A stretch of DNA of 50,821 nucleotides from a virus. The position numbers were made by a program, and so were the translations under genes. The DNA lies in IMG/VR virus record IMGVR_UViG_3300014911_000395; one strand, 5' to 3'. Below are positions 1 through 9,329 of this stretch, one piece after another. The notes beneath the pieces are model-generated. The model did no database searches, was not told where the DNA came from, and saw only the letters and a program-made list of their open reading frames with translations. How positions within the stretch are numbered: position 1 is the stretch's first letter; each line of letters starts with the position of its first letter.

Positions 1-123
1 AGAGCTTGTGAAATTCCTTGAGGTTGCCAAGAAGTTCGGTGAAGATTTGCACGTTGAGCTTACAGAGGATACGTTACTTTTCTATGTCGACGATAAGGGC
101 AGACATGAGTTTGAATATACGAG
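1..123. repeat. Terminal direct repeat (assembly overlap of a circular contig), copy 1
   Basis: Bases 1-123 are identical to 50699-50821 and the PCNA reading frame runs straight through the junction. Confidence 0.97.
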
Positions 124-340
124 AGATGACGCTGAAATATGGGAGTTCAAAGAGCCAGCAAAGGCGATGTACGGAATAACGTTTCTAACAGACTACCTAA
201 AAGCTGCAAAGAAGTATTCGGTGGGAGACCACGTCACAATAATGATGAGTGACGGGTATCCAATTGTAGTTCAGTTCAGCATTGCAGACGTATCCTTTGC
301 CGAATACTGCCTTGCACCAAGGGTTAAGACAGAGCTATGA
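1..340 (+). CDS. pcna: PCNA sliding clamp, 3' part
   Basis: PCNA C-terminal pattern: AMYGITFLTDYLKA, VTIMMSDGYPIVVQF, EYCLAPRV. Confidence 0.88.
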   Translation, partial: ELVKFLEVAKKFGEDLHVELTEDTLLFYVDDKGRHEFEYTRDDAEIWEFKEPAKAMYGITFLTDYLKAAKKYSVGDHVTIMMSDGYPIVVQFSIADVSFAEYCLAPRVKTEL

Positions 341-360
341 GGGAGCAGTCTGACATCCTC

Positions 361-1551
361 TCACGCTAAAGCGTGTGAGGTTCCTGCTTCTACTGAGAGA
401 AGCAGAGGGCTTGCCACAGCCCCGTTAACGACTCCCCTTTCAGCGAGCCCTATATTCACACACCCAACAGCATCCCTGTGTGCTTCAAGCTTGCAATCGA
501 GACACTTGAACAATCTCTTGTATTTAATCACATTTCTCGAATGACATCTCGGACATACTGAAGAAGTATAGGATTCATTCACTTCAATCACTTTTATGCC
601 GTATTCTTCGGCTTTCTCTTTAATTCTTTGTACTAAATATCTGTGACTCCAAAAGTTGTGTATCATTGAATTCGCCTTCTTCCCCCTTGAGTTATTGTTT
701 CTGATGCCGTTTAAATTTCCCATAACAATCTCTGAAACTCCTTTGTTATAGCAAAGCCCAACAAATCTACTAACAACAGTGTTTACTGCATGTCTGAATC
801 TGCGTTTGCGTTTTCTGTATAATCGCCTGAGTTGTTTGGATGTATGCTTATCGTTTGTCTCTTTCAACACAGATTGGTGTTCAGCAATCTTTTTAGTCCA
901 ATACCACCAATCTGATAACAAGGAATTTCCACTGTATCCAATCAACATACCTTCAATTTCTGCCATTATCAGAACTCTAACACCCAAATCGCAGTATGCC
1001 CTCTTTTCTCCAATTGGTTGATGTAGAGGTTCAACCTCTACAGGTTGAAAGGCATACCACGATTTGCTCAGGTCATCGTATACTATCTCTAAACGTCCCT
1101 GTTTTCCTTCCCACCTGTTTTTACCGCTCCATCTTATTCTCAACCCAAATGGTAGCTTTAACACATCACCTCCCAAACTATAACAATCACATCTGACAAG
1201 AATTCTCAGGGTTCTTTTACCTGTCTTGCGGTCTTTCCAGTATCTCGGTGGTTTTATCTGATTGATATGTGGTGGAAGCTTTCCCTTCTGCTTTAGTTTT
1301 AACAAAGCGAAATAAGATTTCCAAGCTTCGTTGTTCTTTATGATTATCTGTTGAGCTGTTGCTGAACCCACCAGTCGCTTGTACTTATTGTACTCCTCAT
1401 CAGTATTCCAGTCTATTTCTCCATTGAAGAAAGATTGCCTCCTCCTATAATTAACCTCATTCCACAATCGAGAGCAGTTGTCGGCTAACTCGAAAAGCCT
1501 TTTCTCTTGCTCCTTTGTGGGTTTTAGCTTAAAGGTGTTAGTTCTCCTCAT
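361..1551 (-). CDS. tnpB: TnpB RNA-guided nuclease
   Basis: N-terminal MRRTNTFKLKPTKEQ; RuvC motifs YCDLG, IVMGNL/VNESYTS, AHRDAVG; CPRC...CLDC zinc finger. Start set at ATG 1551, overlapping the tnpA stop. Confidence 0.93.
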   Translation of the reverse strand: MRRTNTFKLKPTKEQEKRLFELADNCSRLWNEVNYRRRQSFFNGEIDWNTDEEYNKYKRLVGSATAQQIIIKNNEAWKSYFALLKLKQKGKLPPHINQIKPPRYWKDRKTGKRTLRILVRCDCYSLGGDVLKLPFGLRIRWSGKNRWEGKQGRLEIVYDDLSKSWYAFQPVEVEPLHQPIGEKRAYCDLGVRVLIMAEIEGMLIGYSGNSLLSDWWYWTKKIAEHQSVLKETNDKHTSKQLRRLYRKRKRRFRHAVNTVVSRFVGLCYNKGVSEIVMGNLNGIRNNNSRGKKANSMIHNFWSHRYLVQRIKEKAEEYGIKVIEVNESYTSSVCPRCHSRNVIKYKRLFKCLDCKLEAHRDAVGCVNIGLAERGVVNGAVASPLLLSVEAGTSHALA

Positions 1552-1961
1552 TTTCCCTTCTGTTCTTCTATATATTTCTTTACAACTTCGAGAGTTACAG
1601 TCCCAACCGATGATATAAACTTTGAATGAGTCCACAAAGTTGGGAGTCTACTTCTTAGTTCTGGAAACTCTTTTCTGAGAATTCGGGATGTATAACCTTT
1701 GATCTTGTTAACAATCCTGAAAACACCTATCTTTGGATTTACGTCCAACAGTAGGTGAACGTGGTCTGGCAGAATCTCCATATCAAGTACTTTATACCCA
1801 TACTCTTCTTGTTTCTCCAGAATTAACTCTCTAAGCCTTCTTGCTACATCTCCTTTAAGTACAGCTCTTCTATACTTTGGACAGAATATAACGTGATATT
1901 GGCAACTGTACACTAAGTGGTTGTCTGATTTATATTGTTTTGTAGGAGTTTCTATTCTCAT
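1548..1961 (-). CDS. tnpA: IS200-type Y1 HUH transposase
   Basis: YHVIFCPKYRR, HUH motif DHVHLL, KIKGYTSR, LWT, catalytic KKYIEEQ. Confidence 0.95.
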   Translation of the reverse strand: MRIETPTKQYKSDNHLVYSCQYHVIFCPKYRRAVLKGDVARRLRELILEKQEEYGYKVLDMEILPDHVHLLLDVNPKIGVFRIVNKIKGYTSRILRKEFPELRSRLPTLWTHSKFISSVGTVTLEVVKKYIEEQKGK

Positions 1962-2238
1962 CAAAAAGGCATATGATATGACACTATATAATTCTTTTGG
2001 TATAGTCCTTACGCAATTCATCTCAACCCTGAAGGGTTTGAGCTTTCTTGCTTATCTCTTGTAAGAAGTGCAACCTCGCTCCAGAGCTAACATACCTGTG
2101 TAGGTACGGAAAAGAGGAGTGTATCAAAAAGACAGAGAAAAGTCTAATTTATAAAACTGTTAATTATTAATCAAAAATTTTTTTGAACGAGGTTTTAATC
2201 GGAAAAAAAGGTTTTTTTAACCCCTCTCTATACACATA

Positions 2239-2252
2239 GAAAGCTTTATATA
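2239..2252 (+). promoter_or_regulatory. Archaeal BRE/TATA promoter for 2287..2802
   Basis: GAAAGC-TTTATATA about 35 nt before the ATG; GAGGTGA RBS at 2276-2282. Confidence 0.6.
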
Positions 2253-2286
2253 CACCCTTTTTCAAAATAAAGCTTGAGGTGAGAAG

Positions 2287-2802
2287 ATGGCAGAAGAGCT
2301 TGTTATCGTGAAAAAGGAGTTGTCGGAGAAAGTAGCGGAAGCGTGGTCTGAGATACCCGAATTGAGGGAAGCCGCCTCAAAGATGAAAGGTAAAATGACG
2401 CCAATTGCCCAGAGAGTCGTGGATTGTATGAGAACTCCAACTGGAGATTCAAGGACATGTTTGCAGAGACTCGCCTCTGAGGTTGGCTTGAAAGAATTTA
2501 TGGTGAACTTGTGGGCGTCCGTACCTGACCACGTTAGAAAGAAGCTTGGAACGTACTTTGCCAAGGCTTGGACTGCTGAAGCAAGAGCCGCAATAATGAG
2601 GGCTTTTGCTGGGATGGATATCAGCAGATTGTATTCCTTGTGTATGAATGGTAGATACAGCGAGGTTGCTACTGCTCTTGGCGTTCCAGAGAGCGAAGTT
2701 TCTGGAGGCGGTTTTGCGAAGTGTGCCTCTAAAGTTGCGGCTGTTAAGGACTTAAGAAGCCTGTTGAAGTCAATGTGGGGTAAGCAAGTCAGGATAAGTT
2801 AA
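2287..2802 (+). CDS. All-alpha protein with internal duplication; candidate abundant nucleoprotein or virion protein
   Basis: Isolated + strand gene with its own promoter and RBS; both halves share A-x-AW...CM...C-xxx-A...L...W. Confidence 0.6.
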   Translation: MAEELVIVKKELSEKVAEAWSEIPELREAASKMKGKMTPIAQRVVDCMRTPTGDSRTCLQRLASEVGLKEFMVNLWASVPDHVRKKLGTYFAKAWTAEARAAIMRAFAGMDISRLYSLCMNGRYSEVATALGVPESEVSGGGFAKCASKVAAVKDLRSLLKSMWGKQVRIS

Positions 2803-2816
2803 AAAATATAAATTTT

Positions 2817-3830
2817 TTAAAATTTTTGTTTTTGCCTTTCCATTACTGTTTTGATGATTTTATCCACGAATTCATAAGGATTTTTGCTAACTCTTGTTAA
2901 TCTTGCTATGTTGATACACTGTCTAATACTCTTTGTCTTTAACACTTCAAGCGTCCTCAGAGCTATATGCCTCGCTAAGGTTTGCTCTATTTTCTCTTGC
3001 TTTGTTAGAACGTTTACAGCAACGTCTATAAACTCCTCATCGGTGTACTCTTTCAGGTAAAATATCGGTCTGAAACGGTCTATCAAAGCTGGCAACTTTC
3101 TCTCAATGACTGATAAGTCATTAGCGGCGGCATAGACATTTGTGTTGAACTTCATATCCACTTTTGTTGAGTACATGTCCACTTTCAATCGTTGCGAAGC
3201 CATAAAAGTCATTAGGATATTGAGGTCTTTTGGGTTTGTTAGCTTATCTATCTCATCTATGATTAAAAAGCGTGGTTGGGCTTCAATCAGTGTTTCACGC
3301 AATCCTGCCTTGGATAGCGTTTCTCCAGTGGTGAATACTGCGTTTGGTAGCCGTTCAAGTTCCATCAAAAAAATAGATTTGCCTGAGCCTGCAACACCTT
3401 CAAGCATGATGTGTGTCGGATAGCCCATAAAATTTGCCTGAATTGAAGCAATTAGGATTTCTTTCAAGTCCTCATAGCCTATTATAACACTGAATAAATC
3501 TGAAGGTATCTGTTGTTCCTCATGCATGCTCTCTGATATTGCTCTATACATCTTTATTTCGTAGTCTTCGATGGCTTTTCTAACAGCTTCTTTGTTGGCT
3601 AAAACCCTTAGTCTTCTCCCTACTTTTGAGACTACCCCATACTTTATCATCTTGGAAATCGTTTGTGGAGGTATCCTAACGTCTGCCCATTCCCAGTAGT
3701 CATTTTGTTTGTTATCTATGTAATTTAGAATTGCTTTTAGGTGTTCGAGATAGTCTGGCTGTTCATTCAGTAATTTCAGTGTATTTGTATATACGATATC
3801 GTATGGGTCGGTATCAGAAGTTACGCTCAT
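2817..3830 (-). CDS. AAA+ ATPase (MCM/MoxR-like) with N-terminal helical/wHTH domain
   Basis: Walker A GVAGSGKS, SKAGL motif, Walker B LIIDEIDK, sensor YAAAN, arginine finger ALIDRF. Confidence 0.85.
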   Translation of the reverse strand: MSVTSDTDPYDIVYTNTLKLLNEQPDYLEHLKAILNYIDNKQNDYWEWADVRIPPQTISKMIKYGVVSKVGRRLRVLANKEAVRKAIEDYEIKMYRAISESMHEEQQIPSDLFSVIIGYEDLKEILIASIQANFMGYPTHIMLEGVAGSGKSIFLMELERLPNAVFTTGETLSKAGLRETLIEAQPRFLIIDEIDKLTNPKDLNILMTFMASQRLKVDMYSTKVDMKFNTNVYAAANDLSVIERKLPALIDRFRPIFYLKEYTDEEFIDVAVNVLTKQEKIEQTLARHIALRTLEVLKTKSIRQCINIARLTRVSKNPYEFVDKIIKTVMERQKQKF

Positions 3831-3862
3831 ACTCCACCTCCTGTGCTCGGAGACCCCATCCG

Positions 3863-4063
3863 TTAGAGGGGTAGTTGATCTATCCCGTACATCATCACTG
3901 TAATCATTGCCTTCTCAAGGAAAGCCCTCGCTATTACGACGTCTGCGGTACACAACGGGCAGAAATCGGTTTTAATCACTTCATCCACCTTGTTTAGAGC
4001 CTCCTCCAGCTTCAGGGCAAAATCCTTTATTTTTTCTTTTTGTGTATTTAAATCCCCCTCCAT
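3863..4063 (-). CDS. Hypothetical protein
   Basis: 66-aa ORF, co-oriented with neighbours, own upstream TATA-like sequence. Confidence 0.55.
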   Translation of the reverse strand: MEGDLNTQKEKIKDFALKLEEALNKVDEVIKTDFCPLCTADVVIARAFLEKAMITVMMYGIDQLPL

Positions 4064-4153
4064 GTGTATTTATAGTTTCTTGAAGTTAATAAGTCTTTCG
4101 GTTTTTAATACCGCTAATACGCATGCCATCTTTGTTTACACATAAAAAATAAA

Positions 4154-4762
4154 TTATATTTTAATAAAATAGCTTACAGCTTTACTACCAATCCATACTT
4201 CATGCTCTCCAAACTTTTCAAGTTCATCGATGGCATCATCGCTGATTTCACCCGCAACGATAGGATAAGCAAAGAACATCCATCCAAGCTTGTTAGATTT
4301 TAAAAGCAAAATCGTTAATCCTTGTGTGTAGTAACCAACGTAGATTGTCCTTCGCTTATCGTAGTCCCCAAACACGCTTTCTTGAAGCTTAATGAGGTAT
4401 TTGCCATTTATCCCAACAAACACGTTATCATCATAGCTCATGTCGTATTTGTTGCATAGGATATTAACTACATCAACGCTCACGTTTAGCAAGTCGTGGA
4501 GCGTCATTGTATCAAGAACAAAATAAGTTTTCTTGGCTTTACCCCATGTAACTCCTCTAATCTCCGTTTTTCTGATTAACTCACAATTAATGTACCTTGG
4601 GCTTATCGTAATCGTGTCGGGGAATACCTTGTACTTCGGAACTTCAATATCAAGCAACCCCAAAACACCTTCAGGACATCTAAGCTTAATCGGGTGTATG
4701 TTTGACTTTTTCCATCCAGCTTTTAGCAGAATATCCACAACTTCTTTATTTAGCTTTTTCAT
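4154..4762 (-). CDS. Hypothetical protein
   Basis: 202-aa ORF with GGAGGTGG RBS, overlapping the upstream stop. Confidence 0.7.
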   Translation of the reverse strand: MKKLNKEVVDILLKAGWKKSNIHPIKLRCPEGVLGLLDIEVPKYKVFPDTITISPRYINCELIRKTEIRGVTWGKAKKTYFVLDTMTLHDLLNVSVDVVNILCNKYDMSYDDNVFVGINGKYLIKLQESVFGDYDKRRTIYVGYYTQGLTILLLKSNKLGWMFFAYPIVAGEISDDAIDELEKFGEHEVWIGSKAVSYFIKI

Positions 4763-5195
4763 CTTCCACCTCCTCTTCGTACTCTATCAGGGCATTTATT
4801 AGCTCTGTTAAATCATCATGTGTAACCCCAATTTTACCTATTCGCTTTAAACCCCTTCTGCATAATGACCAAACGTTGTAGGCTTTACCGCAATCAGTGT
4901 ATCCTAATTCCTTAGCGAAGTCTCCGAAACTCATAGTTCCATAATTGCAGTCTTCAAGCCAAAATCTAAAAGCTGTCACTAAATCGTAATCTGTTAGTTT
5001 GTCTTTTCCGTTCATGTAGTCATTGACGCTTCCGTGATATGTAAAATAGATATACCCATTCGTTTTAATGTTCGTTACCTTTATCTTGTGCTTGTAAACC
5101 GTTGCAGTCTCTCCTGCAATCTCTGTTTGATGTGGCTTCCCTCTCCCTATTTCCTCTATATTGAGCTTAAATCCACAAACCTCAATCTCCACCAT
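4746..5195 (-). CDS. Hypothetical viral protein
   Basis: 149-aa ORF with RBS; D...F.DF..E.GY....A...W..C pattern resembles uncharacterised phage proteins (from recall). Confidence 0.65.
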   Translation of the reverse strand: MVEIEVCGFKLNIEEIGRGKPHQTEIAGETATVYKHKIKVTNIKTNGYIYFTYHGSVNDYMNGKDKLTDYDLVTAFRFWLEDCNYGTMSFGDFAKELGYTDCGKAYNVWSLCRRGLKRIGKIGVTHDDLTELINALIEYEEEVEDEKAK

Positions 5196-5207
5196 ACAAT
5201 CACCCCC

Positions 5208-5558
5208 TTAAAATTCGAATTTCTTATCTATATACACGATTACAAGTCTTGCATGCTGTTTAATCTGTTTTATGTTGCTCTTAGCTGTTGCTGGCAGATT
5301 TGTATCTATCAACTTTAGAATTAGATACGTATCAATGATGTTTCTCAACGCTTTTTCGCTAAGGAAAATATCTGATTTTGAAGGTGGTATTTCACCTTCG
5401 ACTACAACAACATCTTCGGCATTCAAGCAAGCATTACATACGAACAGCTTTACAGCGTCCTTAGAACGTGTACACTCGATTTTAACTTCTTCTCCTTTCT
5501 CAAAATCTACAAGCTTACCGCAAATTGCACATTTCTTTATAATCACTGTTTTACCCAT
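5208..5558 (-). CDS. Zinc-finger protein
   Basis: CAIC...CNAC; start moved to ATG 5558 after GGTGAT RBS. Confidence 0.6.
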   Translation of the reverse strand: MGKTVIIKKCAICGKLVDFEKGEEVKIECTRSKDAVKLFVCNACLNAEDVVVVEGEIPPSKSDIFLSEKALRNIIDTYLILKLIDTNLPATAKSNIKQIKQHARLVIVYIDKKFEF

Positions 5559-5809
5559 TATATCACCATTTTGATCATCTCTACTATGTAGTTTCTTTGC
5601 TCTTCCGTTACGTAATCTCCCAAAATCCACAACCCCTCGATTTTAATGTCGTTTAATAAATCTTCAGCCTTGTAATCGCTTGTTTCAGGAAACGGATTTC
5701 TTTCAAGGTATTTTTTAACCTCTTCGGCGTTCAAATCGTGTTTAGGGTTAATTGGCGTCATTGTAACACTATCGAATACTATCCACTTTTTTTCAATTCT
5801 AACGCTCAT
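5558..5809 (-). CDS. Hypothetical protein
   Basis: 83-aa ORF, coupled to the next gene. Confidence 0.55.
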   Translation of the reverse strand: MSVRIEKKWIVFDSVTMTPINPKHDLNAEEVKKYLERNPFPETSDYKAEDLLNDIKIEGLWILGDYVTEEQRNYIVEMIKMVI

Positions 5810-5866
5810 GTTTTCAATGCCTCCGATATGGAAAAAATTTAAAATTTCAAGAATTTTTGCTTTACT

Positions 5867-6292
5867 CTAACAATTGTCTTCTCTGAGTTCATCGTCATGT
5901 ACAATTTCCACAACTAAGTACTTATTTGCTTCATTTAGATAATCCATCATTCGTTCACGTTGTTTGTGTAAATACTCTAAAATCTCATTTAAGATTTCTA
6001 ATACGCTTTTGTTTTCTATGTCTTCAATACCAACAACTTCAAATACGCTATTGTGTATCCTTAAAACTCCATTCTCTAAGTTTATTCCTGTATATATGCT
6101 ATCAAAGTTTGTTATTAGTACCCCGTACTCTTCTGCAAAACCACATAAAGTTTTGATTTCTTCAAGTGTAGCAATTGCTCTCTCAATTGCTTTTAGTCTC
6201 TCCACCATTGTTTTATAGCAACCACTCTTTTCTGCATCTATCAAATCCGTTCTGATATTCTTTTCCCATACAAATTTTATCACTTCTTTCAT
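5867..6292 (-). CDS. Hypothetical protein (cassette gene)
   Basis: 141-aa ORF directly downstream of the repeated promoter block at 6311-6375. Confidence 0.65.
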   Translation of the reverse strand: MKEVIKFVWEKNIRTDLIDAEKSGCYKTMVERLKAIERAIATLEEIKTLCGFAEEYGVLITNFDSIYTGINLENGVLRIHNSVFEVVGIEDIENKSVLEILNEILEYLHKQRERMMDYLNEANKYLVVEIVHDDELREDNC

Positions 6293-6310
6293 ACTTTTTC
6301 ACCACCAATA

Positions 6311-6375
6311 TCTATTATAACAGTAATGGTTTATAAAGGTTTCGCTAACCGATAACGATAAAAAATAAAAAATTT
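6311..6375 (-). promoter_or_regulatory. Repeated terminator/promoter block, copy 1
   Basis: Minus strand: T-run, ATCGTTATCGGTTAGCGAAACC-TTTATAAA, ACTGTTATAATAGA; near-identical at 8577-8641 and partly at 9293-9329. Confidence 0.8.
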
Positions 6376-6453
6376 AAATATCAACTTCAATCTTCTGCTC
6401 TTTTTCTACAATTTTCTCACATCACCTCTATTATAACACATTAACTTAAAGTT

Positions 6454-6575
6454 GACTTTTTCCGCCATAGAGATGAAATTGGTGAATCTCCTGTCCGTAG
6501 ACTTTTTCCGCCATAGTGATGAAATTGACTTTTTCCGCTATAGAGATGAAATTGGTGAATTTCCTGTCCGTAGAC
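6454..6575. repeat. Intergenic tandem repeat A-B-A-A-B (27-bp and 19-bp units)
   Basis: A = GACTTTTTCCGCYATAGWGATGAAATT at 6454, 6500, 6527; B = GGTGAATYTCCTGTCCGTA at 6481, 6554. Confidence 0.9.
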
Positions 6576-6717
6576 AAAAAAAATTTTCAAAATTTTTTTT
6601 CAAAAAAATTTAAAAATCATCAATCTAATTTTTGTTGTTGCATAAAAGGTGAAGGTAATGTAAGAAAAGATGTAATTTATCATGATTTGTAATTTCTCAG
6701 AAATCTAATTTTTGTTG

Positions 6718-7383
6718 TTAGTCAAGACTTCTTAGCAAATAAACTTTCTCACGTTTTTTGAAGTATTTTTTATTATCGTGCTCGAAGTATCCTTGCACAG
6801 CTTGAGTTATTTCTTTGTCTGAGCATTCAAGCGTCAAAATTTTATCAACTCTGTAATTCTTGCCATCTATTTCTATTGTATCTTCTACATCCTTGACGTC
6901 ATAATTTTCGTTGTCAAATTTTGAAACAATGTATTCAATCGCTTTTTTCTTCGCATCTTCGCTGTGTACTTTGAGTGCTTGTTGTAGTGTTTTCTCAAGC
7001 TGTTCTTCGTTCATCTGCATTAATAGCTCTCTGAAGAGGGAGTTGAAGTCAAATCTGGCTGTCGGAACGTATTTGCTCGGCTCGTGATTGGTTTCCCAAT
7101 GGCACTTTCGTTCGGCGAGGTCAAACTTTAGTTTGTAGTCATAGTAGTAAGTCCACCAGTGGGCTACGACTCTGTTTTCCTCAATGATGATCTCTGCATT
7201 TCTATCTAACGCAGAGAAGTATACTGTAGCCTTGTGAAAAGGACATGTTGCATAGCATACTAAATCATCACTGAATGCTTCAATTTGAAGCATATTTGCT
7301 ATCTGTTGTCTAAGCGAATATTTTTCTCTGATTTCTTGACACCATCTGCAATTCTCATCAAGGAAACTCGTTATTTTCTTCAT
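6718..7383 (-). CDS. Hypothetical protein with Cys/His cluster
   Basis: 221-aa ORF, GGAGGTGA RBS; CRWC...C...CPFH. Confidence 0.7.
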   Translation of the reverse strand: MKKITSFLDENCRWCQEIREKYSLRQQIANMLQIEAFSDDLVCYATCPFHKATVYFSALDRNAEIIIEENRVVAHWWTYYYDYKLKFDLAERKCHWETNHEPSKYVPTARFDFNSLFRELLMQMNEEQLEKTLQQALKVHSEDAKKKAIEYIVSKFDNENYDVKDVEDTIEIDGKNYRVDKILTLECSDKEITQAVQGYFEHDNKKYFKKREKVYLLRSLD

Positions 7384-7395
7384 CTTATCACCTCC

Positions 7396-7644
7396 TCAAA
7401 AATATTTTTCTAATTTTTCAAGTAGCTCTCTTGCTCTCTCTGTCAACCTTGCTCTCGCTGTAATCGTGCCGAGTGGACCCGACCAGACTGCGACGAGCTC
7501 GTTGCTTTCGATTCTAAAAACAGCTCTCTTGAGTAAACTGACCAATACTTCTCTATTGCCAGATATTTTGTTGGGGTCAGCGTTGTCAAGAAACTCTTCA
7601 GCCAATTCTACCTTTATTTTTTCAATTTCATCCATTTCTACCAC
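7396..7644 (-). CDS. Hypothetical protein
   Basis: 82-aa ORF in operon. Confidence 0.6.
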   Translation of the reverse strand: MVEMDEIEKIKVELAEEFLDNADPNKISGNREVLVSLLKRAVFRIESNELVAVWSGPLGTITARARLTERARELLEKLEKYF

Positions 7645-7979
7645 CTCTGAAATCTCTTGACGCCGATGATTCTACCATCTGCGTCCCTCACAGCCCCCGA
7701 CGGGCTTGTGTCGGGGGCTACGACATCATCCCTGTGTGGCACAAGCTGTGCCACCAATGAAGAAACTATGAAGACTGTGTTTGGCTGTGGCTCTGGCAGT
7801 CCCTCGACGTCCCCAAAAGTCGTTTTGACTATTGGGACGCCATTAACTTCACCAACAACCGTCTGCTCTGACCTAACCCGAGCGATTTGCCCGCTCGGGG
7901 GGACTACTCTCACTTCTCCATCCTCCCCAACGATTTTGATTTCGTGGGGGGTTAAGTTAACAAACTTAACACTCTCCAT
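7638..7979 (-). CDS. Conserved viral protein of unknown function (NLTPH-type)
   Basis: VNLTPHEI...PSG..ARV...GLPEP...FIVS.LVA...RDDVVAPDT...VRD..GRIIGV pattern recalled from many phage and archaeal virus genomes; GC-richer than neighbours. Confidence 0.75.
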   Translation of the reverse strand: MESVKFVNLTPHEIKIVGEDGEVRVVPPSGQIARVRSEQTVVGEVNGVPIVKTTFGDVEGLPEPQPNTVFIVSSLVAQLVPHRDDVVAPDTSPSGAVRDADGRIIGVKRFQRW

Positions 7980-8002
7980 TTCACACCACCTCCAATAAAA
8001 AA

Positions 8003-8572
8003 TTAAAAATTCTCAGCATCAATCTCTTGCTGTGTAGCAACAAGATAATTGCACACAGCTTCAAGCATCTCAACAACATCGTTGAATTTCTCTTCTTTAC
8101 AGATAAGGGTTGCATGTCTCTCTTCAAATGAGTTTGACATTCTGCATCCTATTTCAAATGTGTAGCCATCATCGTTGATATAACAAACTGTTGCATCAAA
8201 AAACCAATTTCCAACAGTCCATTTGCTTAGTAATCCAGCTGCATCTAATAATGCTGCTACTTTAGCAATATACTCAACATCATAGTTGTCAATATCTTCA
8301 TCAAGCTTTTCGAAGAACTCTGTAATCAATTCCGTTTCATCATCTATGATATCATCGCTTGCTACTGTGTTGACTATCACTTTTGTTTCAGCAGCATTCT
8401 TGATCACAATATTTTCATGCAACACATCAACAACAGTTTGCACTTTGCCGTAGTTGCTTTCTTGTCTTTCTATCCATGCCCTTCCAATTGCAACGTAATC
8501 GTTTACTCCCTCAACTTCCAATTTAACCGTCCCATTCAAACCTTCCCATTCCATCTCCACCACCTCATTCAT
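8003..8572 (-). CDS. Acidic hypothetical protein (cassette gene)
   Basis: 189-aa ORF starting immediately after promoter block copy 2 (near-leaderless). Confidence 0.7.
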   Translation of the reverse strand: MNEVVEMEWEGLNGTVKLEVEGVNDYVAIGRAWIERQESNYGKVQTVVDVLHENIVIKNAAETKVIVNTVASDDIIDDETELITEFFEKLDEDIDNYDVEYIAKVAALLDAAGLLSKWTVGNWFFDATVCYINDDGYTFEIGCRMSNSFEERHATLICKEEKFNDVVEMLEAVCNYLVATQQEIDAENF

Positions 8573-8576
8573 ACTG

Positions 8577-8641
8577 TCTATTATAACAGTAAAGATATTT
8601 AAAGGTTTCGATAACCGATAACGATAAAAAATAAAAAATTT
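8577..8641 (-). promoter_or_regulatory. Repeated terminator/promoter block, copy 2
   Basis: Near-identical to 6311-6375. Confidence 0.8.
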
Positions 8642-8643
8642 AA

Positions 8644-9273
8644 TTAATAATAACCCTCATCATCAACTCTAATGACTTTTAGCTCTATTTCGCATTCATC
8701 AGTAATCGTTATTAATTCGTTGTTCACATACATTTCTTTGATTAATTCCTCTTTCGTTGCGTTTAACTTGTTTCTAAGCTCATCGATTTGCTCTTTTAAT
8801 TGTTTATTCTCATTTTCAAGCTTTTCAACGTATCTAATTAGAACGTCAGTAAAATCATAGCTCTCAATGTGCTTTACAGCATCATCGTTGTAATACAGCT
8901 TAAACTCTTCTATGACTTTAAATCTGTTGTCTTTGTAAATCCCCGCTTTTATTGTTGCGCTTTCGCTGTAAAACTCAGCTCTTAGAAATTCTTTGCTTTC
9001 GACAATCTCTGCTATCTTATTTTTAACCTCTTCAATCTTCTTTGCTTTTAATCTCTCCTCCTCATTCTCTTTGTTTATCTTTTCAATGCGTGCCTTCAAC
9101 TTTGTTAAATCGATGTCCTGAACTGTCAATGTTGGCAGTTTAATGTAGTAGCCCTTATCTTCGAAATTGCCTTCTTTCACACACTTTTCTGATGTTAGTT
9201 CTAAACGTGCTATCTCTTCTTTTCCGCTCCCATTTCCAACTACAACCTCTCTAACTTTAACACCTTCACCCAT
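8644..9273 (-). CDS. Coiled-coil hypothetical protein (cassette gene)
   Basis: Start moved to ATG 9273 after GGTGGTGA RBS; heptad-rich segments. Confidence 0.7.
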   Translation of the reverse strand: MGEGVKVREVVVGNGSGKEEIARLELTSEKCVKEGNFEDKGYYIKLPTLTVQDIDLTKLKARIEKINKENEEERLKAKKIEEVKNKIAEIVESKEFLRAEFYSESATIKAGIYKDNRFKVIEEFKLYYNDDAVKHIESYDFTDVLIRYVEKLENENKQLKEQIDELRNKLNATKEELIKEMYVNNELITITDECEIELKVIRVDDEGYY

Positions 9274-9292
9274 ACTTTTCACCACCGATACT

Positions 9293-9329
9293 ACTATAAC
9301 AGTCATGTTTATAAAGGTTTCGCTAACCG
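9293..9329 (-). promoter_or_regulatory. Repeated promoter block, copy 3 (partial)
   Basis: GGTTAGCGAAACCTTTATAAAC..GACTGTTATAG on the minus strand. Confidence 0.75.

Larger units (their letters stand above)
350..2060 (-). mobile_element. IS200/IS605-family element A (autonomous, tnpA + tnpB)
   Basis: Left end follows target TTAC (2061-2064) with AAAG guide and CTCAAACCC-TTCA-GGGTTGAG hairpin; right end has GAAC guide, CCTCACACGC-TTTA-GCGTGAGAGG hairpin and terminal TCAG. Both ends are shared with element B. Confidence 0.9.

Noticed and set aside
1-123. Physical terminal repeats of a linear genome
   Set aside because: The repeat lies mid-PCNA and is best explained as assembler overlap.
1552-1635. 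Upstream extension of tnpB A and similar extensions (8644..9474, 9394..10008, 28204..29109, 45850)
   Set aside because: They run through other genes or promoters; downstream starts have RBSs.
6454-6575. Possible CRISPR array
   Set aside because: Intervening units are near-identical or absent and only 19 bp; no spacer diversity.
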